Source: Candidatus Campbellbacteria bacterium (GTDB lineage Bacteria > Patescibacteriota > Minisyncoccia > Phycocordibacterales > EsbW-18). From it: a stretch of 64,000 nucleotides of DNA. The notes beneath the pieces are model-generated. The model was not told the origin of the DNA. It did no database searches and saw only the letters and a list, made by a program, of their open reading frames with translations. The stretch is taken from positions 204,993-268,992 of the forward strand of contig CP064977.1 of NCBI GenBank assembly GCA_016699465.1, in the 5' to 3' direction. Position numbers and translations under genes: made by a program. Within the stretch, counting starts at the first letter, position 1. The number at the start of each line of letters is the position of its first letter. Of this stretch, positions 54,246 to 64,000 are shown one piece after another.

Positions 54246-55532
54246 TTATCTACCAAGAATTGAATCGAGGGTATTTTTCTTAATAATCATCCACGCAGGG
54301 ATATATCCCGCAATCAATGTTGAAATAACCAAAATAGCAAGCTTCACCATTGTTCCAGACAGTGGGGCAACCAAAATACCATCAGAAAATGGGAAATTTA
54401 TTGGATTTGCGTCAAAAAATGGAACAAGTAATCCATAAATCACTATGAGTGCCAATCCTGATCCAACAACTGCATACAATAGTGATTGAATCACGTATGA
54501 AAATTCAATTGCCTCAGCGCGAATACCAATACCTTTCAAAATACCAATATACTTGCGACGAGTAATCGCATTCACGAAAATAACAATGAAAATGGTAATC
54601 GAAGACACAAGAAGACCGACAGAACTAATACCATTTCCGAGAAGATCAAACGTCTTAATCATATCCAACAAAAATGTTGGTAACCCTTCACGCGAAAGAC
54701 GCACAAGAGCATTTGCTCCAATACCACTGTCCAAAAGTGCTTGTTTTACTTTCGGAGCATCCGCAAGTGTTGTTGCTCTAATAGATACCTCATTTACATT
54801 AAGATTTGTGCGGCCCGCAAAGCGTATAAACTCTTTCTCCGGTAAAAAGGCCCTACGTGAGATTTCATCAACCTTCGTCTTTAGAATTCCTTTTACAATA
54901 TACTCTTTTGTGGCTCCATTAACTGTCACGCGAACACGAGAACCCACATGTACATCTTTAATCGTTGGAAACCCTGCATCATCACCCTGTGCCCCAAGTG
55001 GAGAATATTGTTCAAGGAGCATTGACCCCAATACAATGTAATTTGTATCATCCGGCGACAAAAATTCTCCTTCTATAAGATGTTTTGAAATGTGCGTAAG
55101 TGCCTCTTCAGATTCAGGATTAATTCCCGAAAGGTTGGTTCCAACAGTGTCTCGAAGTTGTTGAGGATCACGACGAACGCGATAATTCGCTTCGATAGTT
55201 GCTCCTTCAGTATATCGAGCCGAATATGCCGCGACACCAGGGATAGTGTCCAATGTTGCAAGCATGTCAGTGCTTTTTTCTATGTATTTCTTTCCACCCA
55301 ACGTTGAAAGAAACACATCTCCGGTAAATTGATCGCTGTACGCCTTAACAGACCCTTCAATAAGTCCCACAAGAATTCCTGACACAGCAACAAGGTTCAG
55401 GAACGTAAGCATCATGATAAAAATAATGAGCCCCGTAGTCCACTTACTTGCATGGCGTATTTGCCGCACACCAAGGAGAAATCCTATCTGTATTGTTTCT
55501 TTCCACATGTCAGAATACTTATAGAGAAACAA
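54246..55532 (-). CDS. ABC transporter permease (FtsX/MacB family).
   Basis: Four TM segments with a large extracytoplasmic loop; adjacent to the ATPase. Confidence 0.7.
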   Translation of the reverse strand: MFLYKYSDMWKETIQIGFLLGVRQIRHASKWTTGLIIFIMMLTFLNLVAVSGILVGLIEGSVKAYSDQFTGDVFLSTLGGKKYIEKSTDMLATLDTIPGVAAYSARYTEGATIEANYRVRRDPQQLRDTVGTNLSGINPESEEALTHISKHLIEGEFLSPDDTNYIVLGSMLLEQYSPLGAQGDDAGFPTIKDVHVGSRVRVTVNGATKEYIVKGILKTKVDEISRRAFLPEKEFIRFAGRTNLNVNEVSIRATTLADAPKVKQALLDSGIGANALVRLSREGLPTFLLDMIKTFDLLGNGISSVGLLVSSITIFIVIFVNAITRRKYIGILKGIGIRAEAIEFSYVIQSLLYAVVGSGLALIVIYGLLVPFFDANPINFPFSDGILVAPLSGTMVKLAILVISTLIAGYIPAWMIIKKNTLDSILGR

Positions 55533-56955
55533 TTACACGATCACCTTCCGAAAGCCCCGAAAGAATTTCAAAAAATCCATCTGACCCTCGTAATCCTAGA
55601 GCGACATCTGTGTCTCGAGTATCGTTATTTGTTCCTGTTATAAGTGAAACATACGGTGTTCCATTATCGCGATAATGAATTGCACGCGCAGGTATTGCAA
55701 GAGCATCTTTTCGTTCATCAGTAATAATAGTTACTTCAGCCGTCATACCAGAAGCAATCCGTTCGTCTTGTGTATCAAAAACAATACGTGCCTCATACAC
55801 CGATACATTATCGACGATTGTCTCTGAACGATTTACTGAGGCAACTGTTGCGGGAAATGTGGTGACACCTCCGAGAGCATCTAATGTCACTGACGCTTTC
55901 TCACCAACATGCACTTTGACACTATCCACCTCAGGAAGATCAACTTCAATACCCAACGTGTTTTTTGAAATAAGTGAAACGGCAGGGACACCAACACCAG
56001 CTGATTCGCCTGGATCAATATGAACCGCGGTCACGATACCATCAAATGGTGCGATGAGTGTTCGTTCTCTAATTTGCGATTGAATGCGAGCAACCTCCGC
56101 CTGTGCTTGTGCAAGTTCTGCCTGCGCAATAGACGAACCAATAGTGCTTTGCGTACGCAGCTCCGCTTCTGCATCCTCTATTGCACGCTGTCGTTCATCT
56201 ACCGCTGATTGATACGCACTATAATTTACTGTGTATGAAGTCCCTTTTTGATTTGGCAGTGTAACGTACCATGTGGTGTCCCTGTATGACGAAATCGTAT
56301 CAGGGAACGAAATAAACAATCCTTGTGTTCCAAGTGCTGTTGGCCCCGTTCTGTGTATTTCAATCGGCTCAGCATTCTCTAAACCAAAAACACGGAGTAT
56401 TTCTCGAGACTGTTGTACACCTGCGTCTATTCGTACTTTGTATGTACCTGCTTTTCCAACATATCGCCCTGTGATACTAGGCGCTGTTTGAGTATACGTT
56501 GATTCTTGCGGCTCAGCTTCAAGATCACTTGAAAGCATTTGACTCAACGCATTTGCAACGAGCGTGTCTTGTTTTTGTTTTATGGTATCTAATGAAACAA
56601 AGGTATTTGCAACTTGCGATTGTTTAATAAAAGCACCAGCTTGAGCAGATTGAAGTTCGGCTTGGAGTGTCCCGAGGCCAAGACGCGCCAATGTTGTACC
56701 TTGGGCAACTATGTCGTTGACTGACACGAATACATCTCGAACAACACCCGATGCTTCAAATCCTAAATCAGACACAACATCAGCTTTTACGGATCCAGAA
56801 AGAACCACTTTTTCAACGACGTCCCGTTTTTCAACAGAAATAACTTCCCCACTATTACCACCGCTCCTCGCTAACCCAAACCACAAAGCACCTATGACAA
56901 TGAGTGCAGCAGGTACCCCATATACTATTTTTTTGTTCTGTAATAGAGATTGCAT
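55519..56955 (-). CDS. HlyD/MacA-like periplasmic adaptor.
   Basis: N-terminal TM, long coiled coil and beta-barrel; overlaps the permease start. Confidence 0.65.
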   Translation of the reverse strand: MQSLLQNKKIVYGVPAALIVIGALWFGLARSGGNSGEVISVEKRDVVEKVVLSGSVKADVVSDLGFEASGVVRDVFVSVNDIVAQGTTLARLGLGTLQAELQSAQAGAFIKQSQVANTFVSLDTIKQKQDTLVANALSQMLSSDLEAEPQESTYTQTAPSITGRYVGKAGTYKVRIDAGVQQSREILRVFGLENAEPIEIHRTGPTALGTQGLFISFPDTISSYRDTTWYVTLPNQKGTSYTVNYSAYQSAVDERQRAIEDAEAELRTQSTIGSSIAQAELAQAQAEVARIQSQIRERTLIAPFDGIVTAVHIDPGESAGVGVPAVSLISKNTLGIEVDLPEVDSVKVHVGEKASVTLDALGGVTTFPATVASVNRSETIVDNVSVYEARIVFDTQDERIASGMTAEVTIITDERKDALAIPARAIHYRDNGTPYVSLITGTNNDTRDTDVALGLRGSDGFFEILSGLSEGDRVIVSL

Positions 56956-57029
56956 ATGCGCTTAGTATACCACAAATATGGTATATCTACACGTATTTTA
57001 AAAAACACACCATTTCCATTCAATCACAA

Positions 57030-57656
57030 CTACGTGCTCACTATTTTTGGAAACATTTTTGTAAGAATCGACGTACTGTGACCAGAAAGATTAAAAAGAA
57101 TTACAAGCATAAAAAGGATCATTGAAACATACACATTGAAAAAACTCACCAAAATAGCAATACATGACGTATACACAGGAACAAGAATACGTAACGTACT
57201 GTGCTGGAGCTGAACCCCATCCATCTCCATGTTGCGTATCGTTGGTGAAGCAATGATGTACTGCCGCATCCAATACAACAAGAGCCCAATACAAATGATA
57301 TTTAAACCATAAATAGTGATGGCCATCTGAGTAAAGAAATATTTTCCAAGAAGGAGTGTTGAAAATGGCACGAGACCAACCAACAAAAAGAAGAAGGCAT
57401 TGATTGTGGTCAACTTTGAATCAATATTTTGTGCGAGTACAGACGCGATTGAATGGTGACCTCTCCAGTACGTGAAGAGAAGCAGGAAACTTAAAGAATA
57501 ACTCAATAATTGTGGCATGAGAGAGATGAGCGAATACCACACCGCACTATTCCCTATGTCTCCAGTAAGCGTGGGCACACGAATCTCAAGTACAAGGAGC
57601 GTCATGACGATTGAAAAAATTCCATCGGCAAGTTGATCGAGTCGAGTTTGTTTCAT
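57030..57656 (-). CDS. DUF1211 (TMEM175-like) membrane protein.
   Basis: N-terminus RLDQLADGIFSIVMTLLVLEIRVP. Confidence 0.6.
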   Translation of the reverse strand: MKQTRLDQLADGIFSIVMTLLVLEIRVPTLTGDIGNSAVWYSLISLMPQLLSYSLSFLLLFTYWRGHHSIASVLAQNIDSKLTTINAFFFLLVGLVPFSTLLLGKYFFTQMAITIYGLNIICIGLLLYWMRQYIIASPTIRNMEMDGVQLQHSTLRILVPVYTSCIAILVSFFNVYVSMILFMLVILFNLSGHSTSILTKMFPKIVST

Positions 57657-57750
57657 ACACACAAGTATACCTTGAGAGGTGCATTCTTGATACACCTTTT
57701 TATACACATCCCGTCGTCTGCGGAGCTTTTTCGTTTTTGCTTTCTACTTT

Positions 57751-59775
57751 CTACATCCCCGCCAGCTGTTGTTGGAGTAGTGCCACGAGTTGTTGAATCA
57801 GAGAAACAACCTGTACTTTGATATCAGCGATGAGTTTCGTTCGTTCGTCAGGAGTGAGAGGTGTGTCGGATGTGGGTGGTAGTAGTGGAGATGGTGGTGG
57901 TGTAACGGTATGTGGTTGAGTGGTGGTACGAGTGCTTCCGCCACTTCCTCCATTGGTGTTTGAGGGTGAGTCATTAGCGGTGAGGGTACAGGTGTAGGTG
58001 GTGTTGAGGGACATGGTGAGAGTTCCATCTGATGCGCAGTCGCCACCCCAGGTGATGTCATAGGTGGTACCAGCGGGTGTTGCGTGGGTGAGCGTGTGGG
58101 TGGTGGCGAGAGTCGTGGTGGCGACTGCGCTGGTGATAGGGAGACCATCAAGGTAGAGGGTGAAGTCTGCTACCTCTGCAGTACCACGGTCGTCGTTGGT
58201 GAGTGTGGTGGTGACGGTGAGGGTTGGTCCAATGTCGTCATTGGTGACGGTACATGCATACGTACTTCCCGCCTCCATGGTGATGTCACCGTTTTCGTCA
58301 CAGTCTCCGCCATATGTGACGGCATACGCAGGGTCTTCTGTTTCGGAGATGGTGTATGAACCTGCTGACAGTGTGGTGGTGGCTACGCCACTGTCGATGG
58401 AGACACCATCAACAAACAACGGAAAGTCCTCGACGGCGAGTGTTCCTCCGTTGTCGTTGGTGACTGTGGTGGTGAGGGTGAGGGTGGCGCTATCCTCCCC
58501 ATCAACAACAAAAATATCTGTTACGCCGTTCGTATCCCCGGAGGCAAGATTGGTTGCAGCAGAGTGAAATACGATAAACCGACCATCAGGAGAAATGGAG
58601 GGAACAACAGCGCTCGATGCACCATCCCCCTGAACACCGGCAGCGGATACACTCACACGTTCGACAGTGTCGTTGATGCGGTCGTAGACAAAGATGTCAG
58701 TTGTGCCGTTTGTGTCACCCAAAACAAGGTTGGTTGCTGTAGATTGGAACGAAACATACCGACCGTCGGAAGTAACTGATGTTTTACTTGAAACTCCATC
58801 TCCCTGAACACCGGCAGCGGATACACTCACACGTTCGACAGTGTCGTTGGTGCGGTCATAAACAAATGCGTCAGTCTGACTATTTGTATCGTTTGCGACA
58901 AGATTGGTAGCCGCAGATTCATAGGCAACATACCGACCGTCCGCAGAAATCATCGCATTTGCGGATGACGCATCTCCTTCAACACCTGCGCCAGATACAC
59001 TTACACGCTCAATGGTATCCCCCGTGCGGTCGTAGACAAAGATGTCGGTTGCACTATTTGTGTCACCCGAGACGAGATTGGTAGCCGCAGATTGAAATGT
59101 AACGTACTGACCATCACTAGAAATAGCCGGCTCAGACGAAATATTATTCCCCTCAGCCCCAGCATCGGACACACTCACCCGCTCAATGGTGTCCCCCGTG
59201 CGGTCGTAAACAAAGATGTCAGTTTTAGCATTGGTATCTCCAACAACAAGATTGGTAGCCGTGGATTGAAACGCAACATACCGACCATCCGCTGAAATCG
59301 TCGGACTTGATGATGTTCCATCTCCTTCAGCTCCGGCATTTGATATGCTTACGCGTTCGATGATGTTGAGCGTGCGGTCATAAACAAAAATATCAGTCCT
59401 ACTATTGGTATCTCCCGGAACAAGAACAGTTGCGAGTGACTGGAACGCAACATATCGACCATCCGCCGAAATCATAGGGTTGGACGACATACCATCTCCC
59501 TCAACCCCAGCATCGGACACACTCACCCGTTCGGTGGTGTCATTGGTGCGGTCGTAGACAAAGATGTCCGTTTGACCCGTATCACCCAAAACGAGATTGG
59601 TAGCCGCGGATTGAAATGTGATATACCGACCGTCAGACGAAATCGCAGAAACCGACGATGCCCCATTCCCCTGCACACCAGCATCATCCACACTCACTCG
59701 TTCAATTGTATTTGCAGAAACAAACACCGGAAGACACATCATCAAAAACGCACCCCCAAACAAGAGTTTTTTCAT
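57751..59775 (-). CDS. Large secreted protein with 8 or more PD40/TolB-like beta-propeller repeats and Thr-rich C-terminal repeat domains.
   Basis: Signal peptide, then a ~50-aa repeat TDIFVYDRTxDTxERVSVSxAGxxGDGxSSxPxISADGRYVAFQS. Confidence 0.65.
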   Translation of the reverse strand: MKKLLFGGAFLMMCLPVFVSANTIERVSVDDAGVQGNGASSVSAISSDGRYITFQSAATNLVLGDTGQTDIFVYDRTNDTTERVSVSDAGVEGDGMSSNPMISADGRYVAFQSLATVLVPGDTNSRTDIFVYDRTLNIIERVSISNAGAEGDGTSSSPTISADGRYVAFQSTATNLVVGDTNAKTDIFVYDRTGDTIERVSVSDAGAEGNNISSEPAISSDGQYVTFQSAATNLVSGDTNSATDIFVYDRTGDTIERVSVSGAGVEGDASSANAMISADGRYVAYESAATNLVANDTNSQTDAFVYDRTNDTVERVSVSAAGVQGDGVSSKTSVTSDGRYVSFQSTATNLVLGDTNGTTDIFVYDRINDTVERVSVSAAGVQGDGASSAVVPSISPDGRFIVFHSAATNLASGDTNGVTDIFVVDGEDSATLTLTTTVTNDNGGTLAVEDFPLFVDGVSIDSGVATTTLSAGSYTISETEDPAYAVTYGGDCDENGDITMEAGSTYACTVTNDDIGPTLTVTTTLTNDDRGTAEVADFTLYLDGLPITSAVATTTLATTHTLTHATPAGTTYDITWGGDCASDGTLTMSLNTTYTCTLTANDSPSNTNGGSGGSTRTTTQPHTVTPPPSPLLPPTSDTPLTPDERTKLIADIKVQVVSLIQQLVALLQQQLAGM

Positions 59776-59932
59776 ACATTTTTAAGTTAAACAACTCCAC
59801 CAGCTAAAACCATATCTCATATAGCATACCATCCACCCCATTCTTCGCGTCAGTACTTTGTGTATAACTTTTCATCCTTGAGACCTGGATTCCCAAGGAA
59901 CTCCATCAACAACGAGACGGGGCTTTCAAAAA

Positions 59933-60424
59933 CTAAATGTTCGCAGGAATAGAATTACCGGCACCTATTTCCGGAGCAATGCGGAACATTACAACATACT
60001 TTTCCAAATCAACGATACCTCCCTGTACTTTATCAGGCACAACTGAAACAATAGATACGAGGTATCCGGCAAACACTATTGGCTCTTTATTACTTGCAAT
60101 ATCTACTATCGTTTTTTCTATCCCACTTTCAAGTGTCACATTTGCAGTTACAGCACCAGCCCATACACACTGTACGCCCGCAGGACACCGACTATCTGAA
60201 ACAAGCTTGTTGAATGTAATCGTCATTCCGGCAGCAACACCTTTTTTCCCTACTCCAAGCACGATATCTTCAGGAGCACGGACGCGCCCATTGTCGACAG
60301 GTTGTTCAACGGATTGTTGTTCAGGTAACGAAATGTCCGACACCTGCGTCTTTTGAGACAAAAATACATACACCCCTCCACACAAAACCACGAGGCCAAG
60401 ACATATATAAAGTACTTTTTTCAT
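59933..60424 (-). CDS. Hypothetical secreted protein (163 aa).
   Basis: N-terminal signal/TM segment; no identifiable domain. Confidence 0.45.
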   Translation of the reverse strand: MKKVLYICLGLVVLCGGVYVFLSQKTQVSDISLPEQQSVEQPVDNGRVRAPEDIVLGVGKKGVAAGMTITFNKLVSDSRCPAGVQCVWAGAVTANVTLESGIEKTIVDIASNKEPIVFAGYLVSIVSVVPDKVQGGIVDLEKYVVMFRIAPEIGAGNSIPANI

Positions 60425-60460
60425 ACAATGGGTATAGAAAATAAGGAAATACTAATACAC

Positions 60461-60507
60461 TCATATTACTACACAAAAGCCCCGCTGTTGCGGGGCTTTT
60501 GTGTAGT
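60461..60507. terminator. Perfect 22-bp-stem palindrome (bidirectional terminator).
   Basis: tattactacacaaaagccccgc-tgtt-gcggggcttttgtgtagtaata. Confidence 0.8.
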
Positions 60508-60518
60508 AATATACCTAC

Positions 60519-61160
60519 CTAGTTATCATCATCGTCATCACCATGGTTCTCTTTGGTACTTGTGGCAGAGTGTCCGTTATCAGAATCACTATCATGGTCA
60601 TCGTTACCCTTACTATCCTTAGCGTCATCGTTACACGTGTTGGTTACGGCACTATTTCCAGACCATATTTTGTCACTCGCCTTACTTGCTCGGTTTTCAT
60701 GATGTACGTTAAGCATGTCCTGCACCTTAGTGAGCGTGAGGTCCGCGTATTCAGCAAGAACATCCTGAACTATATCAGTTGTACTTGTTGAGCTCGTCGT
60801 AAAAATGTCCTTTGCACCGTTGTACTCAACTTTAATGAGTGTTTCGTTGGTGTATACAGTTGCCTCAAGTTCTGTAAGTCCCTTTGTGTTTGTTGTACTT
60901 GTGGCACAGTCATCTTTTGAACTAGTGTGTGTTTCTTTTGATTGACTACTCAAAACCGCAAACTGGTTGGTGAGCAATTCGATTAATTTTTGAAGAAGTG
61001 ACTCCAATGTTTTTTGAAGCTCCTCAATGTGTGCTGATGAATTTGTATTGCTTGTTTCAGCGTGAGCATACTTCACATCTAGAGCACTAAAAAGACCAAC
61101 TCCTAATACCAGAGACAGTGCAAGTCCTGCACATATTTTTGTATACGATTTATTTTTCAT
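60519..61160 (-). CDS. Hypothetical secreted protein with an acidic, His-rich C-terminus.
   Basis: Signal peptide; tail DDHDSDSDNGHSATSTKENHGDDDDDN. Confidence 0.45.
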   Translation of the reverse strand: MKNKSYTKICAGLALSLVLGVGLFSALDVKYAHAETSNTNSSAHIEELQKTLESLLQKLIELLTNQFAVLSSQSKETHTSSKDDCATSTTNTKGLTELEATVYTNETLIKVEYNGAKDIFTTSSTSTTDIVQDVLAEYADLTLTKVQDMLNVHHENRASKASDKIWSGNSAVTNTCNDDAKDSKGNDDHDSDSDNGHSATSTKENHGDDDDDN

Positions 61161-61295
61161 AACTATTTTTAATATTAGTGTTCATTAATATGTGAACATA
61201 CTTATACTATACACATTGCCATTGTGCGTGTTACACACAAATCCAAAAAACGCACTTAAAATATATTTTTGTTAGGGCGTCAATACAAGAACACG

Positions 61296-62285
61296 CTACT
61301 CACCCACACATACATTATGCGCTTTTACTTGTGCATTGTATGTTTCAACATCTTTCTTTGATTGTTGTACAAAAACATTATACTCATGAACAAGTGTGTT
61401 ATACATATCAACTTTTTGTGTATATACCGACCCAGACGCAGGAGTTGTGGTTTCTATATCAGTACGCATGTCTGAAAGTTTTTGTTGTAATTTTTCAAGC
61501 AACAACTGACCCTCCTCAATACGCACGTTTAATACCCCACTTACCCCAGGACAATCCGACGCAGGACGCCCAAACTCCTGCACCGCCAACCACACCATGT
61601 CCCCATTGAACATCCCTTTCTTAACAGCAACACCAATTTCGGTATATTTTGGATTAAGAATATTTTCTCGATGTCCTGGAGAATTCATCCATCCCTGAAC
61701 CAGTTCCGAATCATCTGCATATTCTCCGAGAGCCAAATTTTCACCGATCATAACATACGCGTAGCCAACACTATGAGCCAAATCATCAGATCCAACCCCC
61801 ACAGGTGACTCATGCTCAAAATATTGTCGTGCGAACATATCATCTACCTTTTTTTGCGCAGAAAGTGTCAGTAATGCGTTTGAAGAAAGCCCAGGAAGTC
61901 CCTCCTTTCGTCGATAGTAATTTGTTTGTGCAATCGTACCATTCACAGTTATTGCAAGATTTTTTATAGGATCCGAAAATACCTCTAGAGATGCCGGCCC
62001 TTTTCCCGATACCACAGGCGCTTCAGTTGGTACTGTATCGAGCGTAACATTCGTGCGCGGTTGTATTTCTGGAGCTTCTTCTGTACGCACAATAAACGTA
62101 TTAATAGTTTTCTGTACCGTATTTTGTACAGTTTTGTGCACAGAAAGCGCCGTATCTTTTGTATTCAAAAAAGTATCTGCAACAGTGGTACTCACCGGTT
62201 GTACAACGACTCCACTATCCTGTCGATACATATACAAAAAAACTGAGAGACCAAGAAGTGTGCAAAGAAAGAATATACGCTTCAT
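61296..62285 (-). CDS. CAP (SCP/PR-1-like) domain extracellular protein.
   Basis: N-terminal TM plus CAP motif GHRENILNPKYTEIGVAV. Confidence 0.6.
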   Translation of the reverse strand: MKRIFFLCTLLGLSVFLYMYRQDSGVVVQPVSTTVADTFLNTKDTALSVHKTVQNTVQKTINTFIVRTEEAPEIQPRTNVTLDTVPTEAPVVSGKGPASLEVFSDPIKNLAITVNGTIAQTNYYRRKEGLPGLSSNALLTLSAQKKVDDMFARQYFEHESPVGVGSDDLAHSVGYAYVMIGENLALGEYADDSELVQGWMNSPGHRENILNPKYTEIGVAVKKGMFNGDMVWLAVQEFGRPASDCPGVSGVLNVRIEEGQLLLEKLQQKLSDMRTDIETTTPASGSVYTQKVDMYNTLVHEYNVFVQQSKKDVETYNAQVKAHNVCVGE

Positions 62286-62311
62286 AATGTCAGTATATCA
62301 TTTTAAAAATC

Positions 62312-62962
62312 ATGCTTTACACTAGTAGTATGAAGCATTTTCCAAAAACGTTACGCAACGAGTTTGTGTGTTTTAAGAAGCTCAACACACCTGCAAAAAT
62401 ACAAGATTTTCTTAACACTATTCCTTTTAATTTTGAGCCTCACGGAAGCACGTGTCGATCTCCACGAAAAGTACTCGCCGATAACACGGCGCACTGTTTA
62501 GAGGGCGCTTTGTTTGCCGCAAGTGTTTTGTGGTACCACGGACAACAACCGCTGCTCCTTGATCTCGAAACACCCACCAATGACACCGATCACGTTGTTA
62601 CGCTTTTCAAACAAGACAACTACTGGGGAGCTATCAGTAAAACAAACCACGCCGTATTACGGTATCGAGATCCTATATATAAAACAATTCGTGAGCTTGT
62701 CATGTCCTATTTTAATGAATACTTTATAAACAGCGGACACAAAACACTACGACGATACTCACGAAAACCCTTTGATATGTTGCAATTTGAAGACGAGTGG
62801 CTTACATCCAATAGAGACATGTGGAACATTGAAGATGAAATAATTCGTTCGCCACACGAAACCATCCTCACCACACACATGCTCAAAACACTTCGTCGTG
62901 CAGATGCTGTTGAAATAGCTGCTGGGAAAATAGTTGAGTGGAAAAAACCAAGAAAAAAATAG
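62312..62962 (+). CDS. Hypothetical protein (216 aa).
   Basis: ORF only. Conserved-looking Cys/His residues (GSTCRSP...AHCLEGALF), but no confident family. Confidence 0.4.
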   Translation: MLYTSSMKHFPKTLRNEFVCFKKLNTPAKIQDFLNTIPFNFEPHGSTCRSPRKVLADNTAHCLEGALFAASVLWYHGQQPLLLDLETPTNDTDHVVTLFKQDNYWGAISKTNHAVLRYRDPIYKTIRELVMSYFNEYFINSGHKTLRRYSRKPFDMLQFEDEWLTSNRDMWNIEDEIIRSPHETILTTHMLKTLRRADAVEIAAGKIVEWKKPRKK

Positions 62963-62969
62963 GCACCTC

Positions 62970-63455
62970 TTATACGTACCGTTTTTCGCGAGTAATGACA
63001 ATTGCTGAGGTAAGTGATGCAATGAAGAAAAGCATTCCATAAAAACAAGGTGTTGCGAGTGGATGTGCCCCTGGGGTACAACTTACAGACGGTGTCCCTG
63101 CAGGAATGAGTGCGTAATACTCAGCGACCTCAAGTGAGAACACTGATGCTGCAAAAAGCACGCAAAAAATAAGGAAGTTTTTTAAATATTTTTGGTGCGT
63201 ACCATTGAGTGTCTGTAGTACACGTAGCGACCATACAAAAGCGACGAAAAATGCAACCGCCCCATACAAACAAGCCGTACCAAGAGGATTTGGAATAGTG
63301 CAATCACGAAAACGAAACACCGTTCCATACACATCATAAAAATCAATGAACTGCGTCACGACGTTCGACCACGCAAACACGGTCCCACCCAACAATGCAA
63401 ATGATTGTGCCCACAACCACACCTTGTTTTCTTTTTGAATGTAGTTTGTTTCCAT
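62970..63455 (-). CDS. Membrane protein with paired cysteines (possible thiol-disulfide oxidoreductase, VKOR/DsbB-like).
   Basis: Four or five TM segments. Cys pairs in loops (DCTIPNPLGTAC and SCTPGAHPLATPC). Confidence 0.35.
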   Translation of the reverse strand: METNYIQKENKVWLWAQSFALLGGTVFAWSNVVTQFIDFYDVYGTVFRFRDCTIPNPLGTACLYGAVAFFVAFVWSLRVLQTLNGTHQKYLKNFLIFCVLFAASVFSLEVAEYYALIPAGTPSVSCTPGAHPLATPCFYGMLFFIASLTSAIVITREKRYV

Positions 63456-63464
63456 ACATGCTTA

Positions 63465-64000
63465 TTATCGAATACCTGTATCAATTGAAAAATCAAATGA
63501 AACTATTTTTCCTGCACTCACAGTTATTTTTTTAGGAACATCACCACTACCGCCAACAGCTTGATGTGGAATATCTATAACATATGACCCGGCTGGTGCA
63601 TTAAATTGGTACGTACCCGATGACGTAAAATGTCTTCGTCCAATTTCTGTCGTTCCATTATTTGCATACAGAATAACTTCACGAGATGTGTATGCTTCCG
63701 CAGGAACCGTACACGATACTCCTAGTCGTTCAACTGGACATATTGGACCAACCGTCACTTTTCCTGAAATTGCACCTTCGTCAGAACACAACGCAAACTC
63801 ACAGTAAGGCGCCGTACGACCAACACCGCTACCGTCAGAACATAGTTTTGCATCCATCGTACACGCAACAGGATCAACTGGAGAAATATCTGGATTGGGA
63901 CATGCGTCAAATACGCATGATGGTCCATGTCTTCCAACTGTAGAGCCATCCGCACACACTTTCATCTCTTTTGTGCACCCAATACTTTGCGGTGTTCCAG
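63465..64000 (-). CDS. Cys-rich secreted protein, partial (5' end beyond the window).
   Basis: Repeated C-x-DGS-x-VGR-x-x-P-x-C modules followed by a beta-rich domain. The frame stays open upstream of the first M up to the window edge. Confidence 0.45.
   Translation of the reverse strand, partial: GTPQSIGCTKEMKVCADGSTVGRHGPSCVFDACPNPDISPVDPVACTMDAKLCSDGSGVGRTAPYCEFALCSDEGAISGKVTVGPICPVERLGVSCTVPAEAYTSREVILYANNGTTEIGRRHFTSSGTYQFNAPAGSYVIDIPHQAVGGSGDVPKKITVSAGKIVSFDFSIDTGIR

Overview
The window looks like a segment of a low-GC (~40%), reduced-genome bacterial chromosome; a CPR/Saccharibacteria-like origin is an inference, not established. The backbone is housekeeping: dnaE, thrS, mraZ-rsmH-ftsL-ftsI-murF, lysS, greA, mreBCD-mrdA, proS, rseP, frr, mnmA, def-fmt, hpf, uvrB and a two-component system next to a MacAB/HlyD-like efflux pump. 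Four things stand out against it. (1) At the left edge, a tandem array of at least 7 near-identical minus-strand genes, separated by exactly 3 bp and continuing off the window. Each encodes a conserved ~125-aa N-domain, a variable number (5-10) of 21-aa leucine-rich repeats (LTSAEGLxLPHxIGGxLxLxx) and a conserved C-terminal tag. (2) A NAD-centred locus. The host-like part is DUF4406 plus a 2H phosphoesterase, then pnuC-nadR-nrtR. Immediately after nrtR sits a 3.1-kb cassette of ~60% GC encoding a NadM-Nudix fusion, NAMPT (NadV) and a small alarmone hydrolase. That is the gene set of the phage NAD+ reconstitution pathway 2, with a phage-type alarmone hydrolase attached. (3) A ~5-kb AT-rich integrative islet ending at a tRNA-Glu(CUC) whose 3' end overlaps the stop region of a large serine recombinase. 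It carries a tight operon of four paralogous ~65-70-aa LuxR/sigma-r4-type HTH proteins plus a 236-aa unknown. (4) Single-gene GC-rich inserts scattered through the backbone: a wHTH protein, PIN-PhoH2, a membrane protein, a Cys-rich zinc-ribbon protein next to a Cas4-like nuclease, and a K/A-rich tail protein with an 18-bp perfect inverted repeat upstream. These are consistent with repeated acquisition from a high-GC donor. Other notable items are an ATP-cone-Mrr nuclease fusion, a heptanucleotide repeat abutting the ftsL start codon, two orphan promoter+terminator mini-transcription units, and a block of secreted proteins at the right end. No CRISPR array or rRNA was found.
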